Shown: positions 1 to 12,689 of the stretch, in pieces
Position numbering within the stretch: the first letter of the stretch is position 1
Layout of the letters: every line of letters begins with the position of its first letter
Assembly (NCBI GenBank): GCA_023213395.1
Contig: CM041465.1
Span: forward strand, 31,503,741-31,567,740
Direction: 5' to 3'
From: Cycas panzhihuaensis
Lineage: Eukaryota > Plantae > Cycadophyta
DNA: 64,000 nucleotides
The notes under the pieces: model-generated
Databases searched by the model: none
The model's input: the letters and a program-made list of their open reading frames with translations, nothing else
Told to the model about the DNA's origin: nothing
Translations under genes and position numbers: made by a program

Positions 1-1645
1 TAATGAGAAAATGTCATCAATGATGGAGGGTTTATGCTAAAGCATAAAATTCTTTATCATAAGTACTATAGTTGAGCTTGGCTTGAGAAAACATTTCAGA
101 ATGATAGGCTATTGGATGTCCCCCCTACTTAAGAATAGCACCAAGGGAAAATTGGGAAGTATCAGTCTTAAGTTTAAAATGTTGATTGAGGTTGGAGAGA
201 TGGAGAATAAGTGCAATACATAAGGCAATTTTCAATTTTTGAAAAGTTGTTTTAGCGAATGAATTCCATATAAAATCTTTAGTACTTTTAGTAAGGATGT
301 TGAGGGGATGTATGATGCTAGAAAAGTGGGAAATAAATTTTCTATAAAAGTTGATGCCACCAAGAAAACCTTTGCGCTCAGTGAGAGCAAAATGTGTGGG
401 CTAACTTTGAATGTGTAAACCTCTTTTGGATTGACATAAATGCCAGCCTCATCAATGATGAATTCAAGGTGTAAGATAGATTATTATGCAAAGAAATATT
501 TCTTGAACTTCACTCTAAGTTGATGTTGTCATAATAAAGCCATTATTGTGTCAGCATGTTGAAGATGCTCTTTAAAGGTGTCACTGAAGATCAAAATATC
601 ATCGAGATAAACAATGACAATTTTTCCCAAGTGGGGGCAAAAAATATTGTTGATAAACTGCATGAAAGTGGTGGGGATGTTGGTTAAACCAAAAGGCATG
701 ATTAACCATTTATAGAGGCCACTTTAAGTCTTGAATGTTTTTTTCCAAGAATTATAAGCTTCAGTATGAACTTAATGATAACCAAAATCCAAGTCAGTTT
801 TAGTAAATTATTTGGCTCCTTTGAGATAATCAAGCAAATCGTCAATGCGAAGAAGTGGATACCAATTTTTTATAGTGATTTTATTAAGAGCTCAGTAATC
901 AATACATAGGTTCCACTCTTTATATTTTTTTGGAATTAGAATTACAAGGGAGCCATAAGGGAAAAACTTGGTTGGACTTTTCCTTCATCAATTAATTGGG
1001 TAAGTCATCGCTCCAATTTGGCACAGGTGAAAGGAGTGGTGTGATATAGAGCTTAATTGGGAAGGGGAGACCCTAGAACAAAATCAATGAAATTTTGAAT
1101 AGCACATATGGAGAAAGGCCTTTAGGTTCTACGAAGGCATTAGAGCATGTATCTAAAATAAGTTTTATTGCTTTTGATGGAATTTTATTATAATTTTCCT
1201 TTTCATCTTGACAAATTACATAGAGTGTTATTTGCTTGGATGTATTGGCAAGTTTGACTGTACAATTTTCAGCAATGAGAGCTAATGATGGAGAAGCATT
1301 AGTCGCAAAAATAAGCTTATATGCTTTTCCATTTTTATGAAGTGTATAAGTATTGTAGAAGCCATCATACAATACTTGCCGATCATGCTGATATGGGTTC
1401 CCTAAGAGAAGGTTGTTGCAATCCATAGAAGTGACATCATAATCAATTGTATCTATAAATGTTAAAACAACAAAAGTGACATTAAAAATCTTGTCCACTA
1501 TTATTGTATGACTATACTATTAGCCATTATACACCCAAGAGTATAAGGTTTGGGATGTGGCTTAGTAGGTAACTATAGAGAATCAACAAGAGATTGAGAG
1601 ATGAGATTCTTCATGATATCATTGTTGATAATACAAAGAGCTGGA
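1..1645 (-). pseudogene. pol: Ty3/gypsy (CRM-like) pol remnant: protease, RT, start of RNase H
   Basis: Minus-strand translation gives protease CIINNDIMKNLISQSLVDSL..TKPHPKPYTL (~1530-1640) and LLLGNPYQHDR (ORF 1073-1498), RT GLYKWLIMPFGLT (~682-720) and VIVYLDDIL (~594-620), RNase H PIAYHSE..NYSTYDKEFYAL (~30-115); many stops and frameshifts. Confidence 0.92.
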
Positions 1646-1647
1646 AT

Positions 1648-2075
1648 TAACAAGTAGGTATTATTTTTTTCTTGGGTTAATAGCAATTTCCTAGAGCAGT
1701 AAAAGGCAACCTACAGTTGCCCTCTCATTCATAAAAGTTCAGTATAAGTCTATAGTCAGTGTAATATGTGAAGCAGTTTGGTTACGACAACTTCTAGCAG
1801 ATTTGGATCAGCGCCTAAAGGAGTCAATAATGTTATTCTGTAACAAGCAGAGTGTCATCAAGTTAACAAAAAATTTAGTTCTCCATACTCGAATAAAGCA
1901 TATTCAAGTATATTATCACTTCATTTGAGAAAAAGTTCAAACCAAAAAAAGAGATCTAGCATACTGTCCAACAAATGAGCAGATTGTTGGCATCTTAACA
2001 AAGCCATTTAGCAAAGATAAATTTTAAGTTCTTAGAGACAAAATAGGATTAAACATATAAAACATTAAGAGGGAA
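1648..2075 (+). pseudogene. pol: Ty1/copia RNase H fragment with PPT
   Basis: IS*SSKRQPTVALS and HTRIKHIQVYYHFI motifs; ends in purine tract AAGAGGGAA directly before an LTR. Confidence 0.88.
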
Positions 2076-2264
2076 TGTTAGATTATAATGTTTTATCTTA
2101 AGAAGATTAAGAGTCATTTAAACACTTATTCATGTAACATAAACATGTGTATGCTATGTGTCATTCAGATATATGGTGGTTATAATTACCATTTGTATAT
2201 ATAGAGCTGATCTCTCATAATAGAATCATCAAGTTCTTCTCCAATCTGTGTTAATACTCTAACA
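2076..2264 (+). repeat. 3' LTR of the truncated copia (189 bp)
   Basis: TGTTAGA...TCTAACA inverted termini immediately after the PPT; TATA-like tatatataga inside. Confidence 0.82.
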
Positions 2265-3202
2265 ACCTATTGCTACTGAATTTGTCAAAACATAGTCATC
2301 ATGATGGTGAGTAAATTTTGTAAAAAGGATTGATCATCTTATCGTTTCTCATAAAACTTATGTCAAGAGTTCACTGATGTATATTTAAGACTAATCTTCT
2401 TGATCACGAAACATAATGTATTCATGATACGCTTGCATATAGAAAGGGCTTATGGCAATATGCTTGTATTACAATGAGAGTTCATATGGGGTAACCTTGC
2501 TAGTAAAGGACTTATGGCTTTTTGCCAGTTTTTATTTTTTAATTTAAAAAAATAAAAAGTTATGAGAAGATTTTTTTTTTTTACTTCCCTTACTTTTCAA
2601 CAAGAAACTTGAGAGAGAAGAAAAAAATTATTGGAAGGCAAAAATTCTATCCCAAAGATACGGATCCATACAGTCATAAAAATTTGTATGACTAGAAAAT
2701 GAAAATAGATTTAAATCAAAACTTTCTTAAACCCCTCCCCAGATATACAGTTGGTTTTTTGTTTGGACCTTTGGTTTACGAAATTTTTGCTCTAGAATAT
2801 AAATGGGTGGCTATGATTTAATTTCCTTTTTTGTTCATATTAAAAAAATCATGAAATTTAATGTAACAAATTAATATTTGAAAGATAGATCCTATCAAAA
2901 GGAAGAGATTAAAACCAGTTTTGAAGAGATTGCCTAAGAAATTTGAGAAAAAATTATAGTTGGAGCCTCAAGCATACATCCCTGCTTTTCAATGTTTTCT
3001 TACTTTCTGAGTAGGATTTTGGTAATACTTCTTTATGATAGAATGATGTTTATGCCATTACACACACACTAGTGAATTTTATTAAATTCTAAAAACTTTT
3101 TTTTTCATTCATATAGGTCTATACAGTGGTTGTACAACTATATATACACCTTCGCAAGCCTTGAAATATTGAAATACATTATCTTTCCAAAAAAATAGCT
3201 TG

Positions 3203-3214
3203 GCTCTAATACCA
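3203..3214 (-). promoter_or_regulatory. tRNA-iMet primer-binding site, probably of the CRM-like gypsy
   Basis: gctctaatacca = reverse complement of TGGTATTAGAGC (canonical TGGTATCAGAGC); a TGATG LTR-like terminus begins at 3218. Confidence 0.75.
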
Positions 3215-3217
3215 AAA

Positions 3218-3477
3218 TGATGTGCCTTCAGGCTTGAGGATAAATGTTTTTTAAGATTTAGGCAGAAAATGCCTTCAGGTTTGTACTTGTATAGGAATCT
3301 TAGGTTTGAGCTAGAAAAAGAGGAATGAGTAACTTCCCTTTTCATTGATTTCTTTGAAGAATAGCATATATATTTATACCAACTTCAAATTGTTGTATGC
3401 AAGACACATAGGTATTATACGTTGTACATGTATCATATATATACGTAACTATTAGTGAAGTCTTTTAAGTACCCTCT
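3218..3477 (-). repeat. Partial 5' LTR of the CRM-like gypsy, interrupted by copia A
   Basis: Starts tgatg (CATCA end on the element strand, as in CRM elements) next to the PBS; right edge set only by the start of the next LTR. Confidence 0.55.
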
Positions 3478-3691
3478 AATTGATACATAAAATAATCTAA
3501 AGAACATTATGAATATTAAGACTATATATATACATTAGGACTATATATAAATATTTATCATGGGTAGTATAACCCCCAATGACTCACCAACTCACATGAT
3601 ATTAAAAATCTAACAACTATTAAAATATAAAAATTAAAGGGGAGGCTCATAACCCAAGGTTATGAGCCACAATTAACATTAAATGTCAATA
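3478..3691 (-). repeat. 3' LTR of copia A
   Basis: Right end tgtcaata (decayed TGTTGACA) abuts PPT complement cttccccttta; left edge approximate. Confidence 0.65.
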
Positions 3692-3699
3692 CTTCCCCT

Positions 3700-5980
3700 T
3701 TATGTTTATTCTATTTACCTTGATACCTAAACCATCCCTGAAAGCCTGGAATCTATCACGTACTAGTGATTTGGTGAAGATGTCATCTAGTTGTTCTTCT
3801 ATTGGCCTATACACCATCTCAATTACTCCTTGTTGAATCAATTCACAATTAAAGTAATGGTGCACCTAAATATATTAGGTGCAACTATTGAACACTAGAT
3901 TCTTTGCAATCTTCAATGTACTCTGATTGTCACAGTATAAAATAGTCAGTTCCAATTGTGGTAGTTCCATGTCCTCTAAAATCTGTCAATAGTAGTTATA
4001 ACTATAGCCATGTAATTTTCTTCAGTTGAGAACAAAGCAATATTTGATTCCTTTTTACTTCTCTAAGTACCAGTAATAGAACTCAAACTAAAACAATAGT
4101 CAAAAGGTGACTTTCTACTTTCTACACATATGGCCCAATCAAAAATTGTGAATCATGGTAACTTGAAATTATTATTATGCTTGAATTTAATTCCATATTG
4201 AATCGTTCCCTTCAAGTATTTGAGAGTCCTCTTTGCAGCTTTCTAGTGGCTCAGTTTTAGCGCTACTATAAACCTAGGTACTATTCCAACTGCAAATAAA
4301 ATATCAAGTTTGCTAGTAATCAAGTATGTTAAACTTCCCATCGGTTATTTGTATATCGTTGGATCACCATCTACTCCATTATCTTTCGTTGTCAATTTAG
4401 AACCTATCTCTATGGAGATAGGGTTTACTATCAACCATTTTGAATTTCTTCAAAAATTTTCAAGTGTATTTTACCTATGAGATAAAGACATGTTTAGGCC
4501 TTTACCATACTTCCACTTCAAGGAAGTAGTGTAGAATTCCCAAATTTGTCATCTCAAAAAAATATAACTAAGTTTTACCTTCAAGTTTGATATCATATCA
4601 ATATAATTACTTGTTATTAGTAAATCATTAATGTATAATACCACAAATATAATTTTAGTATTATCTGCATTAATGTATAAATTTAAATTAGTTAGAGATC
4701 CCCTAAACCTATTCTTTAAAAAATACTAATCAATCTTTTCATACTAGGCTCTAGTAGCCTATTTCAAGCCGTATAATGCCTTCTTGAGTCGGTATTGACT
4801 TTTTCTAATAAAGTCAAATAGTTGTTCTATGTAGACTTCTTATGTTAGATCCCAATTCAAGAATATGTTTTTCACAACTATCTAGTGAACTTACCAATTG
4901 AATTGTGCAACCATCACCATAATGAAGTATATAGTATTCATCTTTGTAACATGAGTGAATGTTTCTTGGTAGTTGATCCCTTCTTGTTACTTAAAGCTTT
5001 TTCTACAAGTTGAGCTTTATATTTGTCTATAAATCTATCAAACTTGAACTTAGTCCTATAGATCCATTTACAAGAGATTGCATACTTGTCAATAGGTAAT
5101 TTAACCAAATCCCATATATGGTTCTTCATAATAGCTTAGATTTTGATATCTATAAAATCATTCTACTTTTGCTCTTTAATGGCCTCTTCAATAATAGATG
5201 GTTTATCGACATCTAACACACATGCCATAAGAGCTATATTCACCTATTCAGAATATTGTAGTTTTGACTTTTACTTTCCCTCAAATTCAAGTAACAACTT
5301 TTCATCATCCTCCATAGTTTTAAAATACCATTTTGAAAATTATTTCTTGGAAAATGAAGGTGAAGATTCAAATAATTTCTTTGGCTTTGGTTTTGGCTTT
5401 GACTTTGTCTTTGACTTTCACTCAGATTTAGATTCTAAGAATTGAAAGGATTATAACTTTGTTACTTCACTAATGTCAAACAACTCATATTCAAATTAAA
5501 TAAGATCGCGTGAAGAGTTACATTTAAGCATCCTCTCAACCTAGTCCTCAACATTAATTGAATCAACATCTAAATCCTTATCTTCATGGAAGATTATATT
5601 ATGAGTTGTATAGACTTTCTGAGTTGACAACTCATATACTTTATATGCTTTTCTTTCATTAGAGTATCCAACAAGTATGCGCTTCATGCTTTTATCATCC
5701 AACTTTTGTCATGTTTCTTTGGGGTTATGCATGTACATTGTATACCCAAAGATTCTTAGATAACAAATAGTCAACTTCTTATTTGACCAAGCCTCCTTAG
5801 GTGTTATATTCCTAAAAACCCTTATAGTGGTTCTATTTGTGAGATATATAGTTATGTTCATAACTTCTGCCCATAAAAAAGTGGCTACATCCCTGCCTTT
5901 CATCAAAGGCTTGCTTTTTTCAACCAAAGTTCTATTTATCCACTTAATAACTCCATTCTATTAAGGCACATAGGTAGTAG
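3700..5980 (-). pseudogene. pol: Copia A pol: integrase C-terminal half, RT, RNase H
   Basis: ORF 5709-5927 FLWAEVMNITIYLTNR..TPKEAWSNKK; ORF 4938-5129 WDLVKLP..CKWIYRTKFK..KYKAQL; RNase H motifs ~3750-4140. Confidence 0.92.
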
Positions 5981-8900
5981 CATTGGCATAGGAAAGTGAT
6001 CACCTCATATTTCGTTAGAAAATTATTCATATATTGGATGCGGAATCAAGATCACACCTAGGGCAACATTTATGAGTTGAACACAATGTAATCAAAAAAT
6101 GGAAGTTACTTTTACAAGCAACTTCATAGTGTAATGTCACCTAAACCTATTGAATTGGTATCCTTTCTTTCTTTATTAATATCAATTATAGATATTTGTT
6201 ACTCATAAAGGAATGGTAACAAATATATTTGACCTTACAACGTCAAAACAAACAACCCCAAACTACCATATAAACATATGCAAGTGAATGGCTAGTGAAC
6301 CAAAATTTGGCTATAGAGATAAGCAATAATGGCTCAAATGATTCCTCCCAAGTTAGTTTTATAATATGTTAATCGACAATTACCAAGACAGGTAAGAGAA
6401 GCCTACCTTCTTGCTTGTTTACAACCTAACTCATTGTAGAATATTATAAGATTTACTACAAAGATGTTGTATAATCACTCTATGGCAGCATAATACTACA
6501 ACTTAAGAAAAGCACTAGTGCTACACTCTCATTACATCTTGAGTCTATTGTGAACTATCCTATTGAAATGGTAATCATCATCTTGAAATTGTAATTATCC
6601 CATGATAAGACACGTTAGTAACTATTTGTCCTTTGTTTTTCATAGGTTCATACATGTCCATTATTCAAACATACTACTGTCTATTCTTAGATTATATAAG
6701 GCATACAAAACCAATAAATGACTCTAATGTTGTTATGTGAGATGACAACTTAGGGTTGGTTTGAGTATCCCTCCTTATCATAAGTAGATTCATTCAAAGA
6801 ATGAACAATCTGTAGATAGCCACAAATAATAAACTTTGACCAAACTGAAAAAGATTCTCATGCAAACTATTCCTCTCAATAAGAAGGAAACACCTTTCTA
6901 TTTAGCTAACGAATAACCACATACCAAAAAATGCCTTTACTAGGTCATGCTCAAATTCACCTTGATAATAGGGTAAATCACAAACTCTGCTTTTTAAGGT
7001 ATTAGTACAATTTATCAGCTACCCCTTCGCTTGTGTCACTAGAGAAATGCCCATTAGGTCTTATTCCATACAAAGAAAATATGATTCTTTCCAATCAACG
7101 TTGTCAAGTTAGCCTCACAAGGACAAAGGATATAGAAAAAATGATTCTCTCCAATGAAGCAAGTCAGTCTCATAAGGACAAGAGATTTGAAATTAGTAGG
7201 CTTATGGCAATTGACTAGATGATAAGTGTATGGCATGGATGTTTTCATTTGAAAACAATATTTACATTAAAGTTGCTCCTAATTTTTTTTTTAAGAACAT
7301 TTTCCTCTTTGAGGCGAATGATAGGGTATTTCACTAAATGGCTTCAATTGAATAGATACCCAAAGAACTTGTAATTTTCCACTCTTATTGTTTCCATCTA
7401 CAATAATTCAAAAAAAAAAAATCTTTTCTTTACACCCAATGAATCAAAGTTTCTTATTTTCACAACTTTTATTTATTGATAACTTCTAAACTTGAATGTG
7501 TGTTCATGACAATAACACAACCTACATCCTTGATGACTTCTTGGGCTATTTGTGGTGACTCCAATATGATAGAGGTTTTTTTTTTTCTAGCTTATAAATC
7601 TAACTAGTTGGTTAATTATTTGCATCTATTTCACATGGTGGCTAACATCTTGACTTCGTTAGTAGCATCAATCCAATAGAATTTGCAATAAAATTAGACT
7701 AAAATTCTAGGAGGTTCCACCATGTAAAAAATTAGAGCTAAGTGACATCCATTAGGGGATTCTCTATAGAGTTCCCAATCAACTCAACATCAAACTAGGC
7801 ATTTATGCAACATTTAAATTGAAATTAATGACAATTGTTGCATACCTTAAACTAAAGTTTCTTGAATGAATTTGAAGAATAAGTATCTTTCAAATCATAA
7901 CTCCAAACTAGTATAATTTGATTGTAGTGAGAAAATGTATAAGAGAAATATTGGACCAAAATTTGATTTTATTGAAAATGAAACTCACCTATCTTTATCC
8001 CATTAAACAGAAAAGATACATAGTACAAACAATTAAGTAAATACATTAGTGATATCCTTCTACTTTTCTAATATTCCCCTAAAATGGACATATTTCACCT
8101 CAATTGCCATGGTTTAGTTCAAAACTTACATACATGACTAGATTTGATGAGTTTAAGCAAAGGGTAAGAGAATGCAAAGCCTTGTAGTCCCTAGTATATA
8201 AGCACCTTAACAACTTAACTTGTAGTGAATGATAAACAAGAAGTTGTAGTAGCCAGTGATAGCCCTTTCCTAATTAGTTATAGTGGACCCAACTTGAGAA
8301 CAACATATAAATAACCACCCAAAACCAGTGGTCAACTCAGCAAATACAACTTGGATGGAGGAGGTGTACACATCTAAATATAAGGAGGCACTCCAGCTAT
8401 ACTCATAGCCAACATTGACAAATAAAATGTTTGATAGCAATGCCACTTGGCCAAGTTGATCCTAACACTAGTTTGAAACCTAGAAACAGACTCCAAACTT
8501 CCAACTTTCAAAGATTTTGAAACCCAAATCAAAATCATTGAATAAAACCTTATTCACATCGATCTCCCTCCAAAAGAGGCTTTAGTTATAAGCTTGACGA
8601 AATTGAATTTAAAGAGGATGCTCAATCATACTTGCTAGATATACCGCAGAAGGGTCCATATAGATGACAATGCCAAAAATAAGACTAAACCCAAAAGAAT
8701 AACCATGAGATACTTGGATGGTAATACTATAAGGGCCAGAAGCCATAGCCAAGAATTAAATTGACTTGAATCTCTTTTCTTTTTTCGTCTCTATTTAGAG
8801 TGAAATTACTATCTTTTAAAGACAAACATTTTTTAATAAACAAACTATGCTCTTACATGATAGTTGCTTAGATGAATACTTGTAATGAGACTTGAAATTA

Positions 8901-9694
8901 GATAGCCCACTTCAAATTTGTAACCTAACCAAAGGAAAACCATTACTACAAATTCTGAGCTAAACCCTTTATAGAATGCTTCATAACCACCACACTTGTC
9001 TATCCGTGATAGAGTAATGCTTTGTTAAGAGATATCTTAATGACCTTTGGAAGGGAAATAATTGCCCTAGACTCTACAATATTATTTCCATTTGCCATTT
9101 ACTTGAAACAATTATGATCATATACAAACATTCTTCGAATTAAGAATTATTGGGTTTTTTCCAATAACATAACGTCCTCTCCCCCTTTTTTGTCTTGTGA
9201 AGAATGGCATCTCATAATGTCTCCTTCATCGTTGCCTCTTCTACATCTTTTAGAGAATGGTGTTTCCTTCAATCAAGTCTTTATCCTCTTCAAGAAAATT
9301 CACTCTTTCTCCAAAAAATCATCAAATGGAAAACTATGAAACACATTTAAACTTTTTTTTTCTTAAAGAGAGTTCAAAAAGTGACCCCAAAGAGAGTTGC
9401 GAGAGTTTTATTTATCCATTTAAGAAATAAATACATGTTAAGAGAAAGATGACAAGGCCATTTAATTTGTTGCAAAATGTATTAAATGAGCCTTGTCATC
9501 AATCAAAAACTAACATAAATATTAATTCAACTAAATACATGTGACCCCACACAAAAGGGGTATAATATAAAATAGGATAATTACATCAAATGGAGGAAAA
9601 ATCACCTCCTATAACCTAGATCACTAACATATAAAGTGTCACTAACCTAGATGTAGGTGCTTATATCAATAAACAAAATATTATTGTGTCAACA
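5981..9694 (-). repeat. 3' LTR of the Tat-like element (3714 bp)
   Basis: Colinear with 16795-20476 at roughly 80% by eye, apart from one inversion; ends tgtcaaca next to the PPT. Confidence 0.88.
7076..7184. repeat. Two-copy ~59-bp tandem repeat inside the Tat-like LTR
   Basis: atgattctttccaat..agcctcacaaggacaa and atgattctctccaat..agtctcataaggacaa; also present at ~17900-18004. Confidence 0.7.
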
Positions 9695-12298
9695 TAATGC
9701 CCCCTAGGCATCAAAGACTAACAAGGCTAAAGATGTCCACTGAATGCAATAACTCAAAATCTAGAAATCAAAAGTAAAACCCATGAAGAGCAAAATATCC
9801 ATACCATCTAAAATGATAAGATCAACATGAAACTAAAAGCTCGATCACTAGCTAAAGTGAAAAGTTATAATCATCATAGTGATCATCAATAACTATTAAA
9901 GAACCAAAAGGAACTATTGGGATGCAATAGTATCCATATATATCTGAAAGACCCAAAGTCAATAGTCTAATGTTGTAGAGAAACATCAAAATTGCATTTG
10001 GAACTCTAGAAGAAGGAATGTTAGCCAATGCCAACTACCAAACCAAACTGAAACAATGATCTAACAATGATGCTAAAATGTAACAGATCTACTAGTGCAA
10101 AAAAATCTTGTGCAACTGGGGTAACACAAGATATAACCACTACCAAGTATACCATAATAGATAAACATATGCAAGAAAAGGATGCCACGATAAAAACAAG
10201 AAGCATCTAAAACATAACTAAGAAGGTAACCAAAAACTAAAATGAGGCATTCAAAGGAATCCCTCCAACTTGAACTGTAGAATTGAAACCAACTGCTCCA
10301 CACATACATCTCTAAAAGATGCTCATGATGAAGACATAGAAAAGTGAATCAAACATTGAACCAGATGCAATGTAGGAACCAATATGTTGAAGGAGTATGA
10401 CAATCAACCTAGTAATCGTTGCCATATAGCCTACATCTGTGATGATGAATCATATTAAAACTAAAATATCTAATGGTTATTCCCAACAACACTTAGAGAT
10501 AGAAGATCCCAAGAATATGTTAGAAAAGGCAATAATCAAAGGCACTATAACAACAATAGGAAAAAGATCATCTGTTGCCAAACTAAAAACCAACATCAAG
10601 TGAATCCAAGAAAATGAACATCTCTTAGATGGAAGCAGAATAAAATTCTATTGTAACTAAAGAACACACAAACCATGCTAGCCTAAAGCATTTAGTTGAA
10701 AATCTAAACAAAATTGTTGTTTAGACTATATACAAAAGTAGAGAATCTACTTGAACATAATGCCCATAAGTTGAACAATATTGAAAGAAACTAGGACAAA
10801 AGAAAAAAAGACATGTTCAACCATGAATCGCTACCACTAAAGGTGACCGAAAAGGTCAACGATGAAGAAGGTGAGAGACTCCTAAGGAGTAGGCTAGGAA
10901 TAAGGAATGACTCAATGTAAACACCAATAATCCCCAATCCAAAAACTAAAGTGATGTCAACTCAATAAACGGGTAGGTAATGGGAGTCTCTCAAGATTGG
11001 ATCAATGGCATCTTAATCCCTTTGATGGTGAGTTGTATGACTCAATCTAATATAGGGTCAAGGTCAGGGAAGAGAGTTGGCTCTAAACTCTTGTATTCTC
11101 TTCATAGTGACAACTCAAGTGACTCAACAAGATTGTTTAACATGACCCAATTGACTTAGACATAAGATCTAAGTAAATAGGTAAGGAAACTAGGTGGAAG
11201 AGAATATAAGAATTGTCGACGGTCGTAATACATTTTTACAAAAGGCCAACTTAAATAAATAAACAATCAAAAGCATAAGGGCACTATCATTCTACCTAGA
11301 CTTATGCAAAACCCAATTTGAGTTTTTGAAAGAGATTCAAAGTGGGAATAGGCCAATACACATAAAACAAACATTACATTCTTAGGTGTCTATCCAAGAA
11401 ATAAGAAGAAAGAAGATTTATTTATCTACAGGGAAGGTGAAATAAACTCCTCCAAGCCAACTAGTCTAATGGTGCCCATTGGACTCTACTATGATAAGTA
11501 GCATGAAACCTAGGGGAGGGAGTCTAGGCATAAGAAAAATCTAGGTTTTGTACCTAACCTTATTTATAGATAAGTCGACTCAGTGTAGATTGATGTCATA
11601 CAAAACATGGCTACAAACATTGAAGATTTTGATACAGAACATGCAACCTAAGTAGAAAGAAGATGGAAGTAGTCTAAATATAATGAACCTTAATGGAACA
11701 AAATAAGGAGACATATTCCCAATGAGCCAAATGAATAAACCCAATTTTATCAATAAAGAAATGCCAACACCTAATAGTCTTTGATAGTTTTCTATAGATG
11801 AAGTCTTTAACCTGTTATCTCACTATTCACTCATGAGATATACAATAGGTGTTGATATCTCCACTCTCCTACAAATATAAGCAACCCCTCACAATAGTGA
11901 TTAATGTGGCTACTATCACACTCATCACATAGATCTCGTGGCCCCATAATGCTAAAGATTTATGTGGAGAACTCAGAGGGGCTGAAACTAAGAAACTTTA
12001 CACCTACAACTAGTCAACAATTAACAATTAAAGTAACACAATAAATATTGCACTCTCCACAAAGGTGGCTGACTAATTCTCATGAATTGGGTATAATTCA
12101 TAAGGGGGGGAGTGGCTCTAAGTTCTTAAAATTCTTCGACTCAAAAACTCTTTTTAGATTCAATGAAGAAAAAGAATTGTAAGACTATGTTCTTACAACA
12201 ATATCACTCAACATCTAAAAAGGGAAAACAAGTAAACCAAATAAAACAAAAGTTATATGCAAACCACTATGTACACTAACCTATCAGGAAAAAGCCTA

Positions 12299-12689
12299 TT
12301 AATGAGCATTAAGTATCATATTTATCAGATAGTCAACTACATAATTATGCAAGCATGGGATATGCATGATAGCAAAAGAGTGGAAAAAGTAATCTAAATA
12401 GCAAATATAGTGCAGCATAGAAGCTAAAACAGGGTTGTGCACAACACAACTACTAAGAACTTAGCTAACTAACGGTTGCAAATTAGAGTAGAGGATGACA
12501 TTCTACACATGATGAAATGGTAGATTGCAAGGTAACAATAGTAGCTTCAAATTCAATTGAGTTGTTAGTAATATGATTCAAATATCTTCCAACAACTTCA
12601 AAGAGATCTACATTAGAGCCTTTGATAATCTAAGCAGTCGTAGATGGACCTGGATTTCCACGAGAAGCACGATCAATGTGAATAGTCCA
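12299..12689 (-). pseudogene. Additional archaeal-type RNase H (aRH) domain
   Basis: WTIHIDRASRGNPGPS..GRYLNHITNNSIEFEA..FAIMHIPCLHNYVVDYLINMILNAH*, matching the RNase HI pattern DG.SRGNPG / TNN.AE..A / H.PR..N..AD.LAN. Confidence 0.85.

Noticed and set aside
9852-10309. Hydrophobic ORFs as an env-like gene
   Set aside because: Short overlapping frames from a T-rich strand with no coherent frame; not supportable without a family consensus
12299-12689. Horizontally acquired prokaryotic rnhA gene
   Set aside because: It lies inside a Tat-like element, a lineage known to carry this domain
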